A model generated the notes under the pieces. The model was given only the letters and a program-made list of their open reading frames with translations, searched no databases and was not told the DNA's origin. Both the position numbers and the translations under genes were made by a program. This document shows positions 58,401 through 64,000 of a DNA stretch of 64,000 nucleotides, one piece after another. Origin of the DNA: an uncultured Methanomicrobiaceae archaeon (lineage in GTDB: Archaea > Halobacteriota > Methanomicrobia > Methanomicrobiales > Methanoculleaceae); assembly GCA_963826525.1 (NCBI GenBank), contig CAWGXH010000004.1, positions 512,001 through 576,000 on the forward strand, read 5' to 3'. Position 1 is the first letter of the stretch. The number at the start of each line of letters is the position of its first letter.

Positions 58401-59879
58401 TCAGGTTAACGAAACCTCATTAATTTCTCCGATAAAGGCTTCGATCGCCCGGATAACCGTCAAAAACCCATTTTCCTCGGGTGGGGACTGGGCATAGGAG
58501 ACGGCCGCACACTGCTCGAGGATCGAAGCGGCTGCCCGGGTCTCATGACCACGCTCCCGGAGCAGATGCAGCACATCGCCGTCGGCAAGTTCCGTGCCGC
58601 TCCCGTATGCGGACGAAAGGTACAACCGCAGTGCCCTGCCGGCCGTTCCGTACGCCTCCTTCCGGTCGCCACGGTCAAACTGGCTGCGTGCCTCATCGAG
58701 GAGCCGGAGGACATCATCGCGGGGGTCGCGAGGCGGCAGCGGGACGGATGGTTCCTCCGGCTCCGGCGCTCCCGGCGCCCTGTTCCGGATGAGGTACGCG
58801 ATCAGCAGGATGATGCAGAGTGTGCCCACACCGGCGAGCAAAAAGAGACCCGGCGGCTCGTCGAGATCCACCGACCGCACCTCTCCTCCGGCGAGAGTGG
58901 CGATGATCCTCGCCGTCCGGTTCTGACCGTCGGCAAACCCGACGCTGACGAAGATAGTACCGGGAGTAGCGTTCACCGCCGCCGATACCGGGAAGAAACC
59001 GGCATCCGCGAGTTCGCCCTCGAACCGACAGTAGGTCTCGTTTACCGTCAGGATGTCAGGCACCACGAGCGACCGGTCGGTGGCGTATGCTGCATACGCT
59101 GCGCTGCCGTTCACCACCAGGCCGCCTGCGTGTAGTATCTCCCCGGAGCCGCTCCGGTAGCCGAAAGAAAATGTTCCGGTGCCTTCGTCGGTGGGATCGA
59201 TGGTCGTCGTTGCCCGGACGTACCCGTGCGATGTGAGAATGGTATGGATCTCCAGAACCAGCGGGTCATCGTCAAGATTGGCAAACAGTGCGGATCGCAG
59301 AGCCTGCATGCGATCACGCTCTTGTGCCGCCTGCTCCTGGAGCGAACCCAGATCCTGCGCCATCTGCCCGGGTAGTTTTCCGGAAGACGGCGAAGACGAC
59401 CCGCCGGAACCTGAGGAGGTCGAGACCGACGAGACGGAGTTCACCTGCTGCTCCGGCTGCTCCGCTTGTTCCGTCGCCGAACTAACGACATGAACTCGAA
59501 TCTCCGGGAGGGCGACGCGGGTGCGCGGCACGTCCCCGTACTCGAACGCGACCTCGAAGAAAAACGTGCCGGGCTCCGCTGCTGTCCCGGCGCCGGCGGC
59601 TATCTCCCGTGTATCCTGGAAGAGCGTGATCGACCGGGACTGCGTCCTGGCCGCCGGACTGCTCCCTTCCCCGCCCTCCGGCACAAACCGCACCCCTTGG
59701 GTGAGCACCCCGGTGGTATCGGCTCCGAGTGTGTTCTCGACGGCGATCGGGATTTTAACATCCTCGCCGACCTGCACGGTGTAGTCGGACTGCCCGGTCG
59801 AGAGGGTGATGCCCCCGGCCACCGCGGGAGCCACGCACCCGAGAGCGACCAGGACGGCCAGAAAGAGAAGACGCCTCAC
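58401..59879 (-). CDS. Exported membrane protein, BatD-like
   Basis: Signal peptide, Ig-like N-terminus, Ser/Gln-rich linker, late TM helix and helical tail (ALRLYLS); follows the VWA gene. Confidence 0.6.
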   Translation of the reverse strand: MRRLLFLAVLVALGCVAPAVAGGITLSTGQSDYTVQVGEDVKIPIAVENTLGADTTGVLTQGVRFVPEGGEGSSPAARTQSRSITLFQDTREIAAGAGTAAEPGTFFFEVAFEYGDVPRTRVALPEIRVHVVSSATEQAEQPEQQVNSVSSVSTSSGSGGSSSPSSGKLPGQMAQDLGSLQEQAAQERDRMQALRSALFANLDDDPLVLEIHTILTSHGYVRATTTIDPTDEGTGTFSFGYRSGSGEILHAGGLVVNGSAAYAAYATDRSLVVPDILTVNETYCRFEGELADAGFFPVSAAVNATPGTIFVSVGFADGQNRTARIIATLAGGEVRSVDLDEPPGLFLLAGVGTLCIILLIAYLIRNRAPGAPEPEEPSVPLPPRDPRDDVLRLLDEARSQFDRGDRKEAYGTAGRALRLYLSSAYGSGTELADGDVLHLLRERGHETRAAASILEQCAAVSYAQSPPEENGFLTVIRAIEAFIGEINEVSLT

Positions 59880-60823
59880 GGCAGGATCCTCCCCCGGCCG
59901 TAGCGGAGGTAGATCTCCAGCAGGATGACCGCGAGCGCCCCGGCGAAGAAGAGATCGCGGATGCTCGTATCTTTCGGCTCACGCGGGATTTCATCGGTCA
60001 GCCCGGCATAGATCGTTGCAAGCGTCCCTTCGTCGGCCGCTGCGTAGTACTCCCCCCCGGTCGTGCGGGCGATCGCCCGCAGCGTCTCTTCGTCGAGCGC
60101 AGCATACCCGGACACGCCCGTCTCGTCGTATCCCGTCGTCACGGAGTCAGGGGAGCCGATGCCCACGGCGTAGACCGGCACGTTCCGTTCGCGGGCGTAG
60201 GCAGCGGCCTCTGCCGGAGAGAAGGTGCCTGCGTTGTTGGCGCCGTCGGAGAGGAGAACAACCACCCGGTGCCGGTTCGGGATGGAATCGGCCATGTCGA
60301 TGCCGAGGGCCAGTCCGTCGCCGAGGGCCGTCTGTCCCTCCCGGGCGCGGACACCGCGGAGCCTCTCGATCACCCGGTCCCGGTCGGGAGAGAGGTAGGC
60401 AGCGCTCGTTGCACCGGACTCGAAGACGACGACTCCTGCATAGTCATCCTGATTGAGGTGGGAGAGCAGGATCTCCGCGGCGGCTTTTGCAGCCTCCAGA
60501 CGGGTGGGCTGGTAATCGGTCGCCTGCATGCTCCCGGAGGTATCCAGCACCAGCACCACGTTGACACCCTCGTCCACCCCTTCGAGCGGGATCTGCGGGT
60601 CGGCAAGGCCCACCAGGATGAGAGCGAGGGCGAGGAGGGCGAGGGCGAAGAGGGTATGCGGGCGCCGCAGGCGATTCGAACCCCGGGCTTGCGCGGCAAC
60701 CACGACCCGGGAGAAGGTGAGCGCCGCATATGATCGTTCCCGAACCGCTCGCCGGTAGAGGAGGCAGAGAACCGGAATCGCGGCCAGGCCGACGAGCCAG
60801 GCAGGTTCTGCAAATCCGGTCAT
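59876..60823 (-). CDS. VWA-domain membrane protein (BatA-like)
   Basis: FAEPAWL N-terminus, MIDAS DTSGS, TALGDGL, LLSDG, C-terminal TM. Confidence 0.92.
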   Translation of the reverse strand: MTGFAEPAWLVGLAAIPVLCLLYRRAVRERSYAALTFSRVVVAAQARGSNRLRRPHTLFALALLALALILVGLADPQIPLEGVDEGVNVVLVLDTSGSMQATDYQPTRLEAAKAAAEILLSHLNQDDYAGVVVFESGATSAAYLSPDRDRVIERLRGVRAREGQTALGDGLALGIDMADSIPNRHRVVVLLSDGANNAGTFSPAEAAAYARERNVPVYAVGIGSPDSVTTGYDETGVSGYAALDEETLRAIARTTGGEYYAAADEGTLATIYAGLTDEIPREPKDTSIRDLFFAGALAVILLEIYLRYGRGRILP

Positions 60824-61719
60824 TTAACCACCCCGGTACCGCGGGTGCGCGTAGAGGCGGCGCAGGGGCAGGTCATAGGGCTCCTGTGTGGAGACCCGGA
60901 CTTCAGGCACCCGGCACGAACGCAGAGCGCCTCCGATACGGTCGTCCGCCACGGCTACGGCATCGGCATAGGCGCTGCGGAAGGAGGAATCCGAGGTATC
61001 TACGAGCACCTGCTCGCCGGTCTCCGGATCTTCGAGAATCACCTGCCCCACGTCCGGGAGGCAGTATTCCGCGGGATCGGTCACCCTGATGGCAGTGGTC
61101 TCATGCCGCCGCCGCAGGTGTGCCAGATCCCGGGCGAACCCGGGGTCGTCGAAGTCGGAGAGGACGATGACCGAACATCTGCGCCTGACCCTCGTGCAGA
61201 GAAACCTGAAGGCGGCGGAGAGGTCGGTGCCCGTCCCCGAAGGATCGGTGCGTAACGAGGGCCTGCACCAGCCTGATGACCTGGCTCCTGCCCGCACGGG
61301 CCGGGATAAACTCGCTCGACGCGGTCCGTGGCGATGCAGAGGCCCACCCGCCCGTTCTGCCGGTGGGCGGCAAAGATCAGGCTGGCGGCCACTTCGAGTA
61401 TCCGGCGATCTTTGCTGGTCGAGGACCCGAACGCCGCGGACCCCGACCGGTCGAGGACGAGGTAGTAGGTCTGGTTCCGCTCTTCCTCGTACTCCCTGAC
61501 GAAGAGCCGATCAAGGCGTGCCGAGGCCTTCCAGTCGATCGTCCGGGCGTCGTCGCCGGGGAGGTACTCGCGGAGGTTTGCAAGGGCCATCCCGCTCCCC
61601 CGGAGCGGCGATCGATAGGGTCCGGCACAGGAGCCATCGGCCAGCGCGGCGGTTCGGATCTCGATCCGCCGGATCTGCCGGAGCAGGTCTGCCCGTTCCT
61701 CGGCATCGCTCACCGTCAT
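60824..61719 (-). CDS. DUF58 protein (frameshift near 61310)
   Basis: LREYLPGDDARTIDWKASAR, VREYEEER, DRSGS and VIVLSDF motifs. Confidence 0.9.
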
Positions 61720-62711
61720 GGCACCTCCACGACCGCCAGAATGTCCCGGACAACCTCTTCCGGGAGGATATCGTCCGCCTCCGCTTCGAAGGTGAGGAGC
61801 ACCCGGTGCCTGAGGACCGCGAGGGCAAGGGCGCGGATATCGTCCGGGACGACGTAACCCCGCCCGTTCAGCACCGCGTGCGCCTTGCCGCAGAGAAGCA
61901 GGGCCAGCGATGCACGGGGGGAGGCTCCAAAAGCGATCACAGGCTCGAGATCGAGGCCGTAGGCTGCCGGGTGCCGGGTGGCATCGACGAGCCGAGCGGC
62001 ATAGCGTTTCACAGACGGATCGGCGTATACCGACCTGACGAACGACTGGAGGGCGACCACACCGGCGGCATCGATGACCGGCGCCGGAGGGGCGGGCTGC
62101 TCCGCCGTGAACCGGTCGAGGATAGCGACCTCGTCATCGAGGCTCGGGTAGTCCATCCGGATCTTGAGCATAAACCGGTCGAGCTGCGCCTCGGGGAGCG
62201 GGTAGGTGCCTTCCGATTCGAGCGGGTTCTGGGTGGCGAGGACGAAGAACGGATGCGGCAGCGGATACGTCTCGCCCTGAATGGTGACCTGCCGCTCCTG
62301 CATCGCCTCGAGGAGGGCGGACTGCACCTTCGGCGGGGCGCGGTTGACCTCGTCGGCAAGGATGATCTGGTGGAAGATCGGCCCCTGGATGGTCCGGAAG
62401 GCGGCTGTGTGCCGGTCGTAGATCCGGGTCCCGGTAATATCGGCAGGGAGGAGATCGGGGGTAAACTGAAGGCGGGCGAAGGTGCAGTCGAGGCAGTGCG
62501 CGAGGGTCCTGACCGTGAGCGTCTTCGCGATCCCGGGAACTCCTTCGAGGAGGGCATGACCGCCGGCAAGCACCGCCACGAGCACCTGGTCAACAACCGC
62601 CTCCTGCCCGACGATCACCGTCTCTATTCCGGAACGAACCTCATCGAGAGCGGCTGCGTGCTCCTGTGCCTGGCGATTGAGCGCCGAAATCTCTGTATCC
62701 ATGTTTCCCAT
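61716..62711 (-). CDS. moxR: MoxR-family AAA+ ATPase
   Basis: LEGVPGIAKT, QFTPDLLPADITG, DEVNRAPPKVQSALLEAMQE and ATQNPLESEGTYPLPEAQLDRF motifs. Confidence 0.96.
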   Translation of the reverse strand: MGNMDTEISALNRQAQEHAAALDEVRSGIETVIVGQEAVVDQVLVAVLAGGHALLEGVPGIAKTLTVRTLAHCLDCTFARLQFTPDLLPADITGTRIYDRHTAAFRTIQGPIFHQIILADEVNRAPPKVQSALLEAMQERQVTIQGETYPLPHPFFVLATQNPLESEGTYPLPEAQLDRFMLKIRMDYPSLDDEVAILDRFTAEQPAPPAPVIDAAGVVALQSFVRSVYADPSVKRYAARLVDATRHPAAYGLDLEPVIAFGASPRASLALLLCGKAHAVLNGRGYVVPDDIRALALAVLRHRVLLTFEAEADDILPEEVVRDILAVVEVP

Positions 62712-63279
62712 GCTGATTCCTGAAGAAACGTGAGTGGAGATGCTATATGACCCTTGTCAGTTTACTATGAGTCAACCTAATGCGGTTAACAGCACAGGTT
62801 CCGGGTGCGGGAAGGCTCCCGCGGCTGTACCCCCGACCACTGCACAGCCCCGACAAATCTGCCGATCCAGCGGAGATCGCGGTTTTCGGACGGTGAAAGG
62901 TGCCGCTTACCGTCCGATAATCACAGCCCGATACGAAACTAAAATGCTCACCTCCGTATCGGACTGTGCAAGAGGTCCGGCAATGTCGCAGCGAACCGGG
63001 GGAGATATCCGAGAAAAAGGTAGTCGGCACCTGCCGGTGAAGAAGGTTAGCGCAGAGGAACATGATCTCTCCGTATGAAATTTCAGCCTCGGGGGTAGGA
63101 CCGAGGAGAAGGGGTTCGCTCCCTCCCCCGGTTCCATTCCGACTAAGTTCCCGGGATTGGAGCGGTCGTGGAGACTGGTTACTCTCATCCAAAGACTCGG
63201 CCTGGTCTCCAGGATCCCTCTGGTCGCACCTTTTCAACTCTTCCCATCAGATGACCCCGATATAATGCATAACTCCTAC

Positions 63280-64000
63280 GTGCGACAAGAGGCTGTATTC
63301 CGGATTGTGCCATGCTATCCCCTTCGTTCGGGATATTCCTACCGCAGCATGCATTTCTGGCGACGGAATTGTGTGAAGCCTGCGGAACAACGTGGAGAAC
63401 ACCGGAAGTCTGATCCGGTCAATCCGCCAGGAAAAGGATGTCATGGAGAAGCATACGCTGAATCATCGAAAGGGTCGTAATACGCGACAAGCGAAACCAG
63501 ACCGATGCGCTTGAACCAAAATGGTATGGAATCAGGTTAAACCGGTTGTAGGAACGGTTTAACGAACGAACGGACGGTTCCCGGCCTAAAGATGGCTCCT
63601 AAAACATCCGCAGTATCCAGAGTACAGAACTGGTAACCCGTATGCGCGCCTCGGAAGAGGTAGAGAACTCCGCGAGGAGAACCGATACCGCAGACGGGAG
63701 AGGATGCAGCAAAAAGCCAACGCCTGCCTGTAATGGGTAGGATAGGAACACTTGTTCTGACCTGAAAGGGTGCTGACTTGCTGCAGGTGCTTCACGGCAA
63801 AGAAAGGAGGTATACCTGTGAAAGTATGTCGTTCAACGACGCCGACCGGCGAGAAGCATACTGACAAGGAACTCGCCCGGCAATGGAACTCCATTGACTG
63901 GGAAAAGTGAGAACCAACGTCAACAGGCTACAGACCCGGATTGCAAAGGCAACACGCGAAAGACAATGGAACCTCGTGAAACGGCTCCAGTATCTGCTGA
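63280..64000 (+). mobile_element. Group II intron, 5' part (continues beyond the window)
   Basis: Starts GTGCG at 63280; EBS1 GTAGGA (63548-63553) in a 9-bp hairpin loop is complementary to the 5' exon TCCTAC (63274-63279); RT ORF begins about 540 nt in. Confidence 0.88.
63818..64000 (+). CDS. ltrA: Group II intron reverse transcriptase/maturase, N-terminus (one A missing near 63905)
   Basis: AGGAGG RBS and GTG start: MKVCRSTTPTGEKHTDKELARQWNSIDWEK / VRTNVNRLQTRIAKATRERQWNLVKRLQYLL, an RVT_N-type sequence. Not in the supplied ORF track. Confidence 0.85.

Noticed and set aside
62762-62780. DtxR/IdeR-like box (minus strand TTAGGTTGACTCATAGTAA) upstream of moxR
   Set aside because: Only one half-site resembles the consensus and it does not match the palindrome before the PKD genes; too weak to call.
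62712-63279. Cobalamin or other known riboswitch upstream of the ECF-containing operon
   Set aside because: I could not find a B12 box or other known aptamer core, and a TATA-like element lies only about 35 bp from the moxR start, leaving no room for a long leader.

Overview
GC-rich chromosomal window from an archaeal methanogen. SepRS, Tyw1, aRF1, AglB, SufCB and aEF-2 point to Methanomicrobiales, probably Methanoculleus-like (inferred). Many genes, including essential ones, carry single-base frameshifts that look like long-read consensus errors; about a dozen fall inside or next to GTAC or AGCT. 1-39.5 kb is mostly housekeeping: an N-glycosylation/UDP-GlcNAc operon ending in aglB, pcm, sufCB, an orphan DNA methyltransferase, an MrfB/MrfA-like exonuclease-helicase pair, an Xre/DUF2178-like/ABC cluster with a three-box operator, trehalose TPS/TPP, sepS-tyw1-argS-aRF1, queDEC and rps12-rps7-EF2. 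39.7-62.7 kb is an accessory locus on the minus strand. It has a MoxR-DUF58-VWA-BatD-like, TiaS-N-like and ECF (S, AA, T) operon, followed by two paralogous exported PKD proteins (one about 3,600 aa, one ending in a dockerin). These two share a roughly 240-aa domain that I cannot assign to a family, and the gene just upstream of the ECF S component encodes a circularly permuted version of it. The window ends in the 5' part of a group II intron, with a visible EBS1/IBS1 pairing and the start of its reverse transcriptase ORF.
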